Origin: a virus
IMG/VR virus record: IMGVR_UViG_3300031772_000003
Location: 64,001-128,000 of that record
Strand: one strand, 5' to 3'
Length of the DNA: 64,000 nucleotides
Shown here: positions 1 through 10,043 of the stretch, one piece after another
Layout: each line of letters begins with the position of its first letter
How positions within the stretch are numbered: the stretch's first letter is position 1
Position numbers and translations under genes: made by a program
The notes under the pieces: generated by a model
What the model was told of the DNA's origin: nothing
The model's database searches: none
The model's input: only the letters and a program-made list of their open reading frames with translations

Positions 1-1
1 T

Positions 2-313
2 GAAGTCATCGAGGTCGCGGCCCAGCGGCGTCTCCCGCTTGTCCTCATCCCCCAGCATCGCCTCGGTCCTCAAGAGGACCCCCACCGCAGTGGCCGCGGT
101 CATGCGGCCCTCCACGAGGGCCTCCACAACGGCCTCAACATCCACGGGAGCCATGAGGTCGAGTCCGCATGAGGGGCATCGGCGGGGGTAGCGGCCGGGG
201 TATCGGGGGACACGGAGCCCACAGGATCGGCAGGTGTGGTGAAGCCGCTCGGGGTCGAGCCTACGGTCGTAGGCCCGGTACATACCGGGCGTCAGGCGTA
301 CCTGTTTGGACAT
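2..313 (-). CDS. Partial zinc-ribbon protein (runs off window edge)
   Basis: Not in ORF track. Manual translation from ATG 313 (GAGGAG RBS): MSKQVRLTPG...CRSCG..YPGRYPRRCPSCG...; open to the window edge. Confidence 0.6.
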   Translation of the reverse strand, partial: MSKQVRLTPGMYRAYDRRLDPERLHHTCRSCGLRVPRYPGRYPRRCPSCGLDLMAPVDVEAVVEALVEGRMTAATAVGVLLRTEAMLGDEDKRETPLGRDLDDF

Positions 314-358
314 GCACGTTCTCCTCGCATAGATCATACTGCGAGGAGACGAGATGCG

Positions 359-823
359 TTAGCTGAGGATGGATTGGATAGCGGCAAGGCAGGAAGGGGA
401 GAGGCGGAACCGCAACTCCGGCTCAGCGGCCCATAGCTGAACTATCCCATCGGGGTTGATGCTGAAGCTGGCAGCGGGTGAGCATACCACCCGCTCCCTG
501 TCGGAGACTCGGATGCACTCCATCCCGATACGCACCACCCCATCGCTCCCCGCGAGGGGGGCATCGACTTCGTCCACAAGCAGGCCGGGGCATGCTGTCT
601 CGATTGCTTGCGCAATGGCTCGCTCGCGCTCCGTTGCGGGGCCTGGGGACCACCCGTACCCATCAAGATAGTTGTCCGCCTCGGCCTCGGTGAGGCCCGG
701 CAGCGCCGCCACAACGTCGTGCTGCTTGTCCCCTGTGTGCAACCTCGCAGAGGACAAGGAACCCTCGGGGGAAAAAATGAGGCTTAGCGTATCACCGTTG
801 GCCCTGTGGAACTCAAGCATCAC
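359..823 (-). CDS. Hypothetical protein
   Basis: 154-aa ORF, GGAGG RBS, fits minus-strand gene packing. Confidence 0.55.
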   Translation of the reverse strand: MMLEFHRANGDTLSLIFSPEGSLSSARLHTGDKQHDVVAALPGLTEAEADNYLDGYGWSPGPATERERAIAQAIETACPGLLVDEVDAPLAGSDGVVRIGMECIRVSDRERVVCSPAASFSINPDGIVQLWAAEPELRFRLSPSCLAAIQSILS

Positions 824-854
824 GTCCCTCCTTCAGCAGGCCCTCCGCAGCGCG

Positions 855-1949
855 TCAGTTCTCCTTCCCTGTAAGTCGCTCGGGCCTGTAGGTCTCCCGC
901 ATCCACGCCCGAGCCCCCAGGGTAGTCTTGCCGGCCCGCCGCAGAAACAACCACGGAGAGAGTGGGGTATCCTTCACTGCCGCGGCAAAGTCCTTCTGGC
1001 TCGGGGCGTCGTGGTGCAGGGTCCACAGTGCCTCCGCGCCGGCGGCCATGCGCTCGACCCTCAACTCATAGCCGGCGATCCTCGCCGCGAACTCCGGGAA
1101 GTAGCCCTTGATCTCCGCGGTGTCTCCGAGCAGCGCGAGGCGGGCGAAGTGCTTCTCCTTCTCGCCGCTGCCGGCATTGACGGCGTGGAAGATAGCGAGA
1201 TAGCTTGGGTCCTTCACCTTGATCCTGTTGCAGGCCCCATCACGTACCACGTAACCCTCAGATAGAGGAGGCAGGGTAGAGAATGATGCTTGTAGCGCCT
1301 CCAAGGTCCGGGGCAGATCGTAGCGGCACGGGCGGCTGAAGGGCCACTCCACTGCGTGCTCAGCCCCTAGCAGTTCTACCTGCCGCCGCCGGTCCATTAA
1401 AGCCAACAAGTACAGGTCCTCGCAGTCGTACCTTGTGACGATGCGATTGTAGGGCCCCACGTACTCGCAGATGAAGCAGTGGTCCTCATTCTCGTCGGCA
1501 AAGAGGCCGTCAGGCGAACCGCCAGTCTCGCGCTCTATGAGAGCCAAAACACACGCCCTGAAGGTGCCCGGTGCATCGCTGAAACCTCCCTCCGCATCCA
1601 GCGTCCCTCGGGTATGGAACGTCCAGTGCTCGCCGTCACGGTAGAAGACGATGAGCGAGCCGTCTACCTTCTCCTCGACCGCGGCGGTCGCCCAGTCGAT
1701 CTTGGCGGCTTGGCCCTCATGGGCGTTGTAGAACCGCTTGAAGCTCATGCTCAACACATCGAAGGACGGCAGGGCCAGCATCAGGGCCCTGCACTCGCCG
1801 TACATGCCGCCCTTCGGGGTATCGAGACCGTAGTTGAGCAGAGCCCGTCTGCCATCAGTCACCACGACGACGCCGTGGGGGGGCTGGCGGATCGCCTCAA
1901 GCGCGACTCGTGGAGTGGGGAACGAGCGCAGGAAGTCCTGGACGATCAT
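855..1949 (-). CDS. RNA ligase, T4 Rnl1-like
   Basis: ECRAL, FKRFYN, motif I EEKVDGSL, EGYVV, RIKVK; start moved to ATG 1949 (GGAG RBS). Confidence 0.85.
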   Translation of the reverse strand: MIVQDFLRSFPTPRVALEAIRQPPHGVVVVTDGRRALLNYGLDTPKGGMYGECRALMLALPSFDVLSMSFKRFYNAHEGQAAKIDWATAAVEEKVDGSLIVFYRDGEHWTFHTRGTLDAEGGFSDAPGTFRACVLALIERETGGSPDGLFADENEDHCFICEYVGPYNRIVTRYDCEDLYLLALMDRRRQVELLGAEHAVEWPFSRPCRYDLPRTLEALQASFSTLPPLSEGYVVRDGACNRIKVKDPSYLAIFHAVNAGSGEKEKHFARLALLGDTAEIKGYFPEFAARIAGYELRVERMAAGAEALWTLHHDAPSQKDFAAAVKDTPLSPWLFLRRAGKTTLGARAWMRETYRPERLTGKEN

Positions 1950-2300
1950 TGTGGCTCCAACGTTGCGATGCGGATCACCAAGTCCTCGTCCTCCCAACCC
2001 TCGTGCTAGCGGCGGCGAGGGGTTCGAGAAGAGGTGACGACGTTGGGGTGAGGGCCGCAATGGATGTTGTGGTAGGAGGGACGGGAGCTCTTGGGTTTGT
2101 CCCCGGCGCGAGCGGCTCGGCCCTTCTCGTATGCGCAGCGACGGTTCACGAGCCATCCTCCAACGTCAGGATGCCGGCGATGTCGGTGATGTTGATGTCG
2201 CAGAAGGTCCGAACAGATTCTCGGAGAGCGAGACTCCCTTGGCCTCGCTCTCCCGGTCGACTCTCGTCACCAACGAGCGCGTGGCCAAAAGGTGCCACTG

Positions 2301-2678
2301 TCACTTGCCATGCTCGGTCTCCTTCTTCGCGGCTCGGTAAGCCGTCTCAGCGTCCCGCAGAGCCAAAATCTGCACGGAGAGGCACCCGTCGACCGCAGCG
2401 CAGTAACCCCGCGCCAGCGCCGACGCGGCGAGCAGGGCCTCGACCGCCGCAGACATTCCCTCGCGCGTGACAGGGCCAGCCCCAGTCGCCACTGCGTAGC
2501 TGGTGATCCGCTCCCAACAGATGGCATTCTCCGCCGCCAACCCGTTGCGGACGGCCTCCAGGTGTGCGACCCGCGCCCGGAGCGCGTCTGCGGCGTGGGC
2601 CTCCGCGAACAACTCCTTCGCGTACTCCTCAATGAAATCATCACCTTCTTCAAGCCGCTTGAGCAGATCAGCGTCCAT
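2301..2678 (-). CDS. Hypothetical coiled-coil protein
   Basis: ORF with AAGGAGG RBS; shares its C-terminal segment with the upstream gene. Confidence 0.55.
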   Translation of the reverse strand: MDADLLKRLEEGDDFIEEYAKELFAEAHAADALRARVAHLEAVRNGLAAENAICWERITSYAVATGAGPVTREGMSAAVEALLAASALARGYCAAVDGCLSVQILALRDAETAYRAAKKETEHGK

Positions 2679-2798
2679 CGGCAGCCTCCTTCTCGGCAGC
2701 GCGGTAAGCTGCGATGAATCCATTCAAGACGCACCGATGGGAACTTGACTCCCAATCGGAGTCCAGTGTGAACTTCGCCAGCGCCGACGCGGCGAGCA
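2412..2798 (+). repeat. 23-bp direct repeat cgccagcgccgacgcggcgagca (2412-2434 and 2776-2798)
   Basis: Exact match read from the sequence; encodes LAASALA in two adjacent genes. Confidence 0.85.
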
Positions 2799-3492
2799 TC
2801 ATGCGCGCGTGGGAGCCACTATCCGGAAGCGCCGACAGCGCGGCATCCGCAATCGTCTTGGCGTGCCCATAGAGGCCAGGGCGCAAGCCGGGGACAACCC
2901 ATTTCTCTGCCGCAATGTCTTGAAGGGCCGCCGTCAGCCTCTGGCACTCGGCCTCCAGTTCCTTGACCCGCCCCTCAAGCGCTCGCATCGGGTGCTTCGC
3001 ACACTGACACTGGGTGTAGTGTTCCTGCGGTGCTGCACTTGTCGGGTGTCCTTTGATCATCATCCCGCACCAAACACAGATGGTCGTGGCCTTGGGGCAT
3101 TGCCTGCTGTGAGCCAGGTAATCCTGCAGAGCGCTCCCGATTTCATTCAGATCGGCTACCGCGAACAGAGCGCCACAAGGGCAACGGAATCCCATGGGAC
3201 TGTGGTGCCACTTCTCCAGTTCAGCCTCCACGGTCTCAAGCCGCCCCCGCAGGGCAGCCATCGGGTGCTTCTCGCAGTGCTCGATGTGGTCCTGCATCAA
3301 CGGGCCGTCGACGGGGCCGGGAACTCGGATGCCGCAGAAGCCGCAGTGGCTGCCCCACGTCACCACGGGGCAGTGCTTAGCGTGTGCCACATAGGCGTCT
3401 ACCGCGGCCACGATACCATGGGGTGGCGGGCCGATCTCGAACTCGGCTCCGCATGCACACCGATAGCCGCACGCCTTCTGCTCGGTCTCCAC
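2668..3492 (-). CDS. Cys/His-rich protein with internal duplication
   Basis: Two copies of CxCG...H..CP...CxxCG...C.KHPM..L..R...EAE. Confidence 0.65.
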   Translation of the reverse strand: METEQKACGYRCACGAEFEIGPPPHGIVAAVDAYVAHAKHCPVVTWGSHCGFCGIRVPGPVDGPLMQDHIEHCEKHPMAALRGRLETVEAELEKWHHSPMGFRCPCGALFAVADLNEIGSALQDYLAHSRQCPKATTICVWCGMMIKGHPTSAAPQEHYTQCQCAKHPMRALEGRVKELEAECQRLTAALQDIAAEKWVVPGLRPGLYGHAKTIADAALSALPDSGSHARMMLAASALAKFTLDSDWESSSHRCVLNGFIAAYRAAEKEAADGR

Positions 3493-3515
3493 CCCTTAGT
3501 CTCCTCATGTCCCTC

Positions 3516-3530
3516 CACCCCTAATCAAGT
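3516..3530 (-). promoter_or_regulatory. Dispersed junction motif, variant copy (ACTTGATTAGGGGTG, 2-nt deletion)
   Basis: Overlaps the stop codon of 3530..3949. Confidence 0.55.
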
Positions 3531-3949
3531 CATTGCGATCTCCCGCCCCCAACACGATGCCCCATGTCATCCAGGGCCTCCCTCACATCCTCGTACCACT
3601 CCTGGCCTAAGCTCTGCCCCATGTCGGCACCAGAAGCGATCAGGGCGGGTTGGGCCGCGGCAAAGCGCTGGCCCACCTCAGACTCGAGGAACGCCGTCAC
3701 TGCCTCAAGGGTAGTGGTGTCGTAGTAGTTGAGGCACAAGGCCAAGGTACTCTCCAGTAGCTGCTGCTCCCACTTCAGTCTGCATCTCTTAATTGCGACG
3801 GCGACGTTGCACACATCCTCTGGGTTAGTGTTCCGGAGAATGGACGCCACGAACTGATCCAACACCAAGTGCAGGTTCCGGGCCGCCCCTGTAGCCTCGA
3901 CGTAACGCCGCACCAACTCATCCCGTGCCTTTCTCCCTTTTGGTTCCAT
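3530..3949 (-). CDS. DUF2059-like hypothetical protein
   Basis: Y...TLEAVTAFLESEVGQRF..AQP resembles the DUF2059 signature. Confidence 0.5.
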   Translation of the reverse strand: MEPKGRKARDELVRRYVEATGAARNLHLVLDQFVASILRNTNPEDVCNVAVAIKRCRLKWEQQLLESTLALCLNYYDTTTLEAVTAFLESEVGQRFAAAQPALIASGADMGQSLGQEWYEDVREALDDMGHRVGGGRSQ

Positions 3950-3961
3950 GTCCTCACTCCT

Positions 3962-4186
3962 TTATGCTTCCCCCCTGCCGCATCGGGTCGCCTGCATGCC
4001 CGGGGGGATAGTGGGGGCCCTGCGCTTGGCCTGCTCCATGTCGTGCATGATCCAGCCCATACTGAACGACACAAAGGCCGCCCCAGCGGGCGACATTCCC
4101 TGAGTGATCCTGGCGAACCACGCCGCGAGCTTGATCGGCCCGTCCTGGCCGAACTCGGCCTCGAACTGGGGCACCAGGACATCCAT
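3962..4186 (-). CDS. Hypothetical protein
   Basis: ATG immediately after a junction motif. Confidence 0.45.
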   Translation of the reverse strand: MDVLVPQFEAEFGQDGPIKLAAWFARITQGMSPAGAAFVSFSMGWIMHDMEQAKRRAPTIPPGMQATRCGRGEA

Positions 4187-4190
4187 CCCT

Positions 4191-4207
4191 CACCCCTAGA
4201 ATCAAGT
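4191..4207 (-). promoter_or_regulatory. Dispersed junction motif ACTTGATTCTAGGGGTG
   Basis: Exact consensus; overlaps the MTase stop codon. Confidence 0.75.
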
Positions 4208-5721
4208 CACTTGAGCGCATGCTTGGCCCGTGGAATAGCGAGGTCGAGGAGGTAGTGGCGGTCGCTATCGATCCCACAGGCCCTGAATCCATCGGCTATA
4301 GCCGCCACGATAGTCGAGCCGCTGCCGACGAAAGGATCGAGGATCTCGCCATCGGGGGGGCAGATGAGACGGCAGAGATACCGGAGCAACGCCTGTGGCT
4401 TAACTGTAGGATGATCTGCCCTCACGTCCTGGGGGAGCCCCTTCCGCCGTTCGCTCCTGGATGCCTTGGAGCAGTAGATGAGGCGCAGGGCCTCCTCGTC
4501 CTCGGGCCCGTAAGGACAGGACTTGAAGAATCTCGCGGCGGAGCCCGCATCCCCTCTCTTAAGAGAGGGGATGCGCCCGTACTCACCGTAGGTAGCGCCG
4601 TTCTCATCGCCGGTATGGCTCGGCTCCGTGCCTTTGACACCCCCTTGCTGGCCTTTGGATTGGGGGAAGCAGGACAGCACGGCCTCTGAGCCATCCAAAA
4701 TGAGATTGGCAGGCCACCTCCCCCTGAGCGGGGGCCGCTGGAACTCCACCCTCTCCATGTCCCGCCCCGCGTCGGGCTCGGCCCCGATGGCCCCTGAGTC
4801 CTTGGAGGTGCAGCGTCCCTGGGGCGTCGCGGATGCCTTATCGGCCTCGGATTCATAGCCGACGCGGCAGGCATCGATGTTCAACCCCCCACAGCGTTGC
4901 TTGAGGGTATTGGCGGCCACGGTGCCGTCGAGGGGCTTGCGGCAGAGCAGGATCGGCTCCCAAGCCGGTTTTAGGGCCGTACCCCAACCCTCCCACTGCT
5001 TCGCTGCATCTGTAGCAGGAGCCGTTACATCCAGCGTCCGCCTGCCACTCGCGGTGAAGCTGCCGGGAGCAGCCTCGGCATCTGGGTCCTTGGCCTGCTT
5101 GAGGTTCCATTCCGGCTGCTCCGGGGGATGGTACTTACCTACAACCTTTCGCTCAGCCCCAGCGGCCTTGTCAATGGCTTTGTCCACAGACAATGACTTC
5201 GGGAAGCCGGAGGAGTACACCCACATCAACGTGTCCCTGATCTCCCATCCCGCATCCTCTATGGCACAGACGAGCCGATGCCAGGTACGGGTGCCACCGA
5301 AGACCAGCATATAGGCACCGGGCTTGGCGACGCGGAGACACTCAGTAGCCCATGTGGTACACCATGCCTGGAACTTCGCCATATCGGCCAAGCGATGGTC
5401 AAGCTCGTCAAACTGCGGCATCTCACAAGTGCAAGGGGTATGGGACTTGCTACCCCGCTTGTGCTTGTGGCAGACCTTGCACATGGGATTGCGTGTGGAC
5501 GTGAAAGATGGTCCGGGGTTCCTGGACTTGCCATCCTTGAAGCCGAACGCCTGCATCCCGTACTTCCACGGTGCATCCCACTCCTGGCCCATGAACTCAA
5601 GGCCATAGGGTGGGTCCGTGACGATGGCATGGAACCTGTTGGCCTCCAAACCAGGCAGGACCTCCAAACAGTCCCCGAGGTACAGGGCCACTCCGGCCTC
5701 AACCCACGGTTCCTTCAGCAT
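4207..5721 (-). CDS. DNA methyltransferase, N6A/N4C beta class (with insertions)
   Basis: LYLGDCLEVL, VTDPPY, SGFPKS, WGTALKPAWEPI, RWPAN, HPTVKP, LDPFVGSGST. Confidence 0.9.
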   Translation of the reverse strand: MLKEPWVEAGVALYLGDCLEVLPGLEANRFHAIVTDPPYGLEFMGQEWDAPWKYGMQAFGFKDGKSRNPGPSFTSTRNPMCKVCHKHKRGSKSHTPCTCEMPQFDELDHRLADMAKFQAWCTTWATECLRVAKPGAYMLVFGGTRTWHRLVCAIEDAGWEIRDTLMWVYSSGFPKSLSVDKAIDKAAGAERKVVGKYHPPEQPEWNLKQAKDPDAEAAPGSFTASGRRTLDVTAPATDAAKQWEGWGTALKPAWEPILLCRKPLDGTVAANTLKQRCGGLNIDACRVGYESEADKASATPQGRCTSKDSGAIGAEPDAGRDMERVEFQRPPLRGRWPANLILDGSEAVLSCFPQSKGQQGGVKGTEPSHTGDENGATYGEYGRIPSLKRGDAGSAARFFKSCPYGPEDEEALRLIYCSKASRSERRKGLPQDVRADHPTVKPQALLRYLCRLICPPDGEILDPFVGSGSTIVAAIADGFRACGIDSDRHYLLDLAIPRAKHALK

Positions 5722-5888
5722 CCTCAGCCTCCGCGTTGCGCCGGGCACTCCTGCCTGGCGAGACCGCGGCTCCGCTGCCACACGCGAGACAGGTACGGTA
5801 TGCCCAAGTGCTTCCCACACCTTGGCTTACCTCTATCACGCTCCCCTATACACGCTGTGGGGTACCAGCATGCTGTGCAACTCATCTC

Positions 5889-6113
5889 TCACGCAGTAAC
5901 TCCGTCAGTCCCCTTCCATTCTCGACCCCCTCCGTACCGTTCCTGTCCTATCACGGTAGCCTCATCATCGGTCCCGTTGTCCCGGAGGATACCACGGAAC
6001 ACAACCACCTCGATCCCGGACTCGAAGCTGATCAGGACGCCCGCCTCCGCGGGCCTGTCCTCATGGGTGTTGACGACTTTGAGCCCAACCAAGTCACGCC
6101 ACTGCATCGTCAT
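5889..6113 (-). CDS. Hypothetical protein
   Basis: AAGGAG RBS before ATG 6113. Confidence 0.4.
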   Translation of the reverse strand: MTMQWRDLVGLKVVNTHEDRPAEAGVLISFESGIEVVVFRGILRDNGTDDEATVIGQERYGGGREWKGTDGVTA

Positions 6114-6666
6114 CTCCTTTGGCCCCCTCCCGCCAGTCCACGAACCGGACCCGCGGGGCGAATGGGTCTTCCCTTGCATCACCCTCAAAGATGACGAGGA
6201 CTGAGGGGAATGGTGCCCCCACTGATCCTGCTACCCCCTCAAAGTGAATGCGTCCGCGGAGAAAGAGGATTTCCTTGGCTGCGGGGGCATTTTCTTGGAA
6301 CCATCGAGTGTCTGTCCTTGCCGGCAACAGGCATACCACGGTTGCCCCTGCTTCTGCTTCGATGCGAGCCTTATCGACCCATTTGCCTATGTCTTTTCCA
6401 TAAGGTGGGTTCAACCAGTTTGCCCCAACATATTCTGTCACGAGCATAGTCTTGAGGTCTATGCTAGGTAGTCCCCTACGATCCCACACCTGCTTCAACC
6501 CGTCCTGTTCCGGGCTGAAGAACTTAGGGGCCTTCGCATTGTCCGCGGTGGCGCACACGTCCAGGATGAACGGTTTGCCGATGTGGTGCTCGCACCTGCG
6601 GACCAGCCACCAAGGAGTTCCCCACTCCTGGTGATGGGAGCTAAAATGAACGGGGGAGACCGGCAT
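6094..6666 (-). CDS. Phage DNA N6-adenine methyltransferase (phage Dam family)
   Basis: EWGTP, LDVCAT, DGLKQ.W, WLNPPYG, VCLLPARTDTRWF, FLRGRIHF, APFPS. Confidence 0.9.
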   Translation of the reverse strand: MPVSPVHFSSHHQEWGTPWWLVRRCEHHIGKPFILDVCATADNAKAPKFFSPEQDGLKQVWDRRGLPSIDLKTMLVTEYVGANWLNPPYGKDIGKWVDKARIEAEAGATVVCLLPARTDTRWFQENAPAAKEILFLRGRIHFEGVAGSVGAPFPSVLVIFEGDAREDPFAPRVRFVDWREGAKGDDDAVA

Positions 6667-6864
6667 CTTTTAGTTCCTTCCTGCTGTTGATTGAGCCACC
6701 ACAGTAGCGAGGCAGTGGAGTAATTTGAGGCCGCTGGGGCTCGTACCCGAACTGGCTCGGCAATTGGCATGCGAACTGGCAACTGCTCTAGCAGCAGTCG
6801 GGTATCTCCTCGGGAGCGGTACAACGGCTTGTGACGGGGCTATAGCCACTTCCCCAAGCTCCCT

Positions 6865-7158
6865 CTAGTTCGACTCCCAGGGCCGTTGCCCCTTATCCTG
6901 AGTGTCCCCGTCACCCTCATTGCCCTCTTCGTCCTCACACCATGCCGCTCCAGCCGCGGAGCATGGAGTGATACACCCGAACGTGGGGTCGTCGCGGGGG
7001 TCCGTGACCCCGCCCTTGGGGTCTACCACCAGGGGTACGACCACACCCGCATCAGTGAGGCCCCAGGCAATGAGGGGCTGGACCTCCATCTCATCACCCC
7101 CTTCGTGCATCACGAACCAGCCGTCTGCCGCGATTATCTGGACCAGTTTGCCACTCAC
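6865..7158 (-). CDS. Hypothetical protein
   Basis: GTG start overlapping the upstream stop; IIAADGW...PLIAWGL pattern. Confidence 0.5.
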   Translation of the reverse strand: MSGKLVQIIAADGWFVMHEGGDEMEVQPLIAWGLTDAGVVVPLVVDPKGGVTDPRDDPTFGCITPCSAAGAAWCEDEEGNEGDGDTQDKGQRPWESN

Positions 7159-7970
7159 TTGAGGTCCCCCTTCCTCCCCCTCTTGCCCCGGAAGTAGCTG
7201 CGGATCGCCAACTCGCCTTCCCGCTGCGGTGCCTCGGGCCGCAGCTTCGTGGGGTGAAACCAAAAGATTCCCTTGTCCTCTAGGCCCCGTGGATCAGTCG
7301 ATGCCCGCCAATGCACGCACATCCCTCTGCCCCCTTCCACGATCCTCAACCCGCACATCCTGCACAGCATCGGGACCAAGTGGTCGTCGGGGATGCTCGT
7401 CACGGTACTCGCGGTCTTGTAGGGCTCCGCGAGCATGCCTTTCCGAGCCATGACCTCCAAAAGGGCTGCCGTGGCAACGAAGCATCCACCCTGAACCCCT
7501 TCCCCCGGTATATAGGCCGGCGGCGGTGGGCCCCACGCCCGCGCGATCTTAGCCTTGTCTTTCTCATATACAAGGGCCCAGTGCTGGTTCTTGTAGTCGG
7601 GGTGGCCGACGAGCCCGATGTCCTCGGCATCGATGAGGCTGAGCAGGTACGCATCCGCTCCCTTCTGGAGCGCCAGGGTGTCGTAGTCGGTACTAAGGAA
7701 GTGGGATACGCCCCACTTCGCTTGGGCATGATGGATCGCATCGACCAGGAGGCCATAGAGCCCGGTGCCCCATCCCCAACGGCGTGTGGAGCAGTAAACT
7801 TCGCACCCCAACCACTTGCGCATCTGCTCCGCAAAACCGGGCCGGCCATCCACTGCGAGCATGATCGACGTAGTGGGGCCGCAGGCCCACTGGAGCGCGT
7901 CATAGGTATCGGCGACGAGGTTGGGGTAGTCGTGGCACCGAATACAAGCCACGAGATCAACGGTACTCAC
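7155..7970 (-). CDS. Glycosyltransferase-like (GT-A) protein
   Basis: DxD (DYD), GG and DDH motifs; paralog of 37996..38760. Confidence 0.6.
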   Translation of the reverse strand: MSTVDLVACIRCHDYPNLVADTYDALQWACGPTTSIMLAVDGRPGFAEQMRKWLGCEVYCSTRRWGWGTGLYGLLVDAIHHAQAKWGVSHFLSTDYDTLALQKGADAYLLSLIDAEDIGLVGHPDYKNQHWALVYEKDKAKIARAWGPPPPAYIPGEGVQGGCFVATAALLEVMARKGMLAEPYKTASTVTSIPDDHLVPMLCRMCGLRIVEGGRGMCVHWRASTDPRGLEDKGIFWFHPTKLRPEAPQREGELAIRSYFRGKRGRKGDLK

Positions 7971-8355
7971 TCAACAATCTCCACAGGGCCTTGGCGACAG
8001 CCTGCTCCTGTCGCTCACCTAACAGCGCAGCGGCGACGGCATCCCACCCCGGGAACCCGCCGAAGTTACGGTCATCGATGTAGACATCGGCATAGACCTT
8101 GCGGCTCTCCCCAAGGTAGGTGAAGGGGTCAAAAAGTCCCGCGGGTAGTTCGTTCGCTCCTGCGATCATAATACCATGCTCGGAGAGCCAGAGCAGAGCA
8201 GCAGAGAGATCCTTGCCCTCCCTACAAGTCCAGAGGATGAGGTGATGCCCCACCGCAGCTAGCCGCTGCAACGTCTCCACGGCACCGGGCAGAGGCTTCC
8301 CGATCTCAGGGTACGAGTGCTCCACCACGGTCCCGTCAAAATCCACAGCGACCAC
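7957..8355 (-). CDS. HAD-family phosphatase (BT0820-like)
   Basis: AVDFDGT, LILWTCR, RKVYADVYIDDRN. Confidence 0.85.
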   Translation of the reverse strand: MVAVDFDGTVVEHSYPEIGKPLPGAVETLQRLAAVGHHLILWTCREGKDLSAALLWLSEHGIMIAGANELPAGLFDPFTYLGESRKVYADVYIDDRNFGGFPGWDAVAAALLGERQEQAVAKALWRLLSEYR

Positions 8356-8374
8356 CAGATGAATGGCTCTCCTC

Positions 8375-8752
8375 CTATCCCCGACCCTTGGGTCTCATAG
8401 GTCCGAGCGGCGTATCGGGTACGACGATCTGGCTCGCGGCCTGCCGCCGCAACTCCCGAAGCTGAGCAATGACGGCGGCAGTAGCGACTTGGAGGGCATT
8501 GGGGAGTTTCGCCACCGCCTCCTGTAGAGTCTTGGCCTCGATTGGAGCGTCGACGGGCACCTGCCCCACGGGGGTCAGCAGTGTTGCGTGGCCGAAGTAC
8601 ACGACCTCCCGATCCGGATCGGGCGAGCCATCTTCCCGCAGAGGCACCAGCACGCGCAGTCGGGCAGATCCCATGTCGGTAAGCGTCTCCTCTCGGTAGA
8701 GATTTTTCGCATCCAACTCAATGATCGGCATTCCCAGTTCCACGGCACTCAT
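8375..8752 (-). CDS. Conserved hypothetical protein
   Basis: LYREETLTD...TPVG.VP....EA.TL.EA pattern; coupled start. Confidence 0.6.
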   Translation of the reverse strand: MSAVELGMPIIELDAKNLYREETLTDMGSARLRVLVPLREDGSPDPDREVVYFGHATLLTPVGQVPVDAPIEAKTLQEAVAKLPNALQVATAAVIAQLRELRRQAASQIVVPDTPLGPMRPKGRG

Positions 8753-9627
8753 TCTCGGCTCCTTGTCTCCGCGACGGCCTTCTCGACTCGCGGCACCGCG
8801 ATGTCCCAGAAGAAATGGGAATCGGCCTCCACACCTATCACTCTGCGGCCCGCACGGGCCGCTGCTTCAATAGTCGTCCCCGATCCCATGAAGGGGTCAC
8901 ACACAACGGTATCGGGTCCGTGTGTGAAGATTTGGATCAGCCGCTCGGGGAGTTCAAGAGGGAATGAAGCTGGGTGGCCTTTGTATCTGCCCGCTGGCAG
9001 CAACCACGCATCCTTGTAGATCGAAAGGTCGGGGATAGCGTTCTTGCCTCTCTGGCCCGTGCCACCACGATGGAACCATTGCCCCTTCGAGCCGAGCAGA
9101 ATCCACTCGTGGCATGGTCTCATGTACGGATCGCTATCACAACCGGCACGGGTCTCATTGGCGAAGCTGTCGGCCCCGTTGCTGCTCTTGACCCACACAA
9201 TGGGTTCTCGGACGTGGGGATCAATGGCGGCCATCATGTCGAAGACGCGGAAGCCCAGGGGCTCGATGCGGGCCTTACCCACGGTCTTCTCACTGCCCCT
9301 ATGGCTCCGGTACGCGGGGTCCCACCCAAACCAAGTGTGGTTGAACTTATGGTCACGCTGCCACCTGATGACGGGCGGGACGTTCACGGCGAGCGTCCCG
9401 CCGGTGCGGAGGAGCCGGTACGCTTGGCGCAACCACTGCTCCGTGAATACGTAGTAGCGGGGCCACGGCATCTCGTCGTTGACGGTGCCGTAGTCCATTC
9501 GGCAGTTATAGGGGGGAGACGTGACAATGAGGTCAACGCTTCCCTCCACTAACTGCGGCAGCACCGTCAAAGCATCACCGCAGTAGAGCGACACGGCCCC
9601 ATCAGAGGAGGACCAATCAGGGCTCAT
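8749..9627 (-). CDS. DNA methyltransferase, N4C/N6A beta class
   Basis: IVTSPPY, HPASFP, CDPFMGSGTT. Confidence 0.9.
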   Translation of the reverse strand: MSPDWSSSDGAVSLYCGDALTVLPQLVEGSVDLIVTSPPYNCRMDYGTVNDEMPWPRYYVFTEQWLRQAYRLLRTGGTLAVNVPPVIRWQRDHKFNHTWFGWDPAYRSHRGSEKTVGKARIEPLGFRVFDMMAAIDPHVREPIVWVKSSNGADSFANETRAGCDSDPYMRPCHEWILLGSKGQWFHRGGTGQRGKNAIPDLSIYKDAWLLPAGRYKGHPASFPLELPERLIQIFTHGPDTVVCDPFMGSGTTIEAAARAGRRVIGVEADSHFFWDIAVPRVEKAVAETRSRE

Positions 9628-10043
9628 TCCGTTTCCTCTTTGACATACATCAACACTGCCCTTTGACGATTAGGGATCGTCAATCCGGGATAGCACTCCT
9701 TGGCCGTGAGGGTCAGCCGCTTCGCCACCACCTCCATCCTCACGGGCCAGCGGCGTAGCGCCCACGCCGCGAACCACCGGGCCTTGAGGGCCTGCCACCA
9801 ATCCTTGGGGTACTCCACCCGCATCTCCTCACTGATCTCATCCACGACGTGGCCCAGGATGAAACTACGGAAATGGAGGGCAAAATGGCTAGTCACGTAG
9901 TCACAATTCACAGACCAACTGCCGTTGCGTAATAGGTCCTCCGCAACCACAGCTTGGGCCTCTATGGCATAGCGATCCAGGACGATCTGCTTGAGACGCA
10001 TCTCGGCCATTTTTGCCACGTCGAGTTTAGTGGTAAGGTTCAT
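9624..10043 (-). CDS. Hypothetical phage protein
   Basis: AGGAAG RBS; YPKDWWQALKARWF motif. Confidence 0.55.
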   Translation of the reverse strand: MNLTTKLDVAKMAEMRLKQIVLDRYAIEAQAVVAEDLLRNGSWSVNCDYVTSHFALHFRSFILGHVVDEISEEMRVEYPKDWWQALKARWFAAWALRRWPVRMEVVAKRLTLTAKECYPGLTIPNRQRAVLMYVKEETE

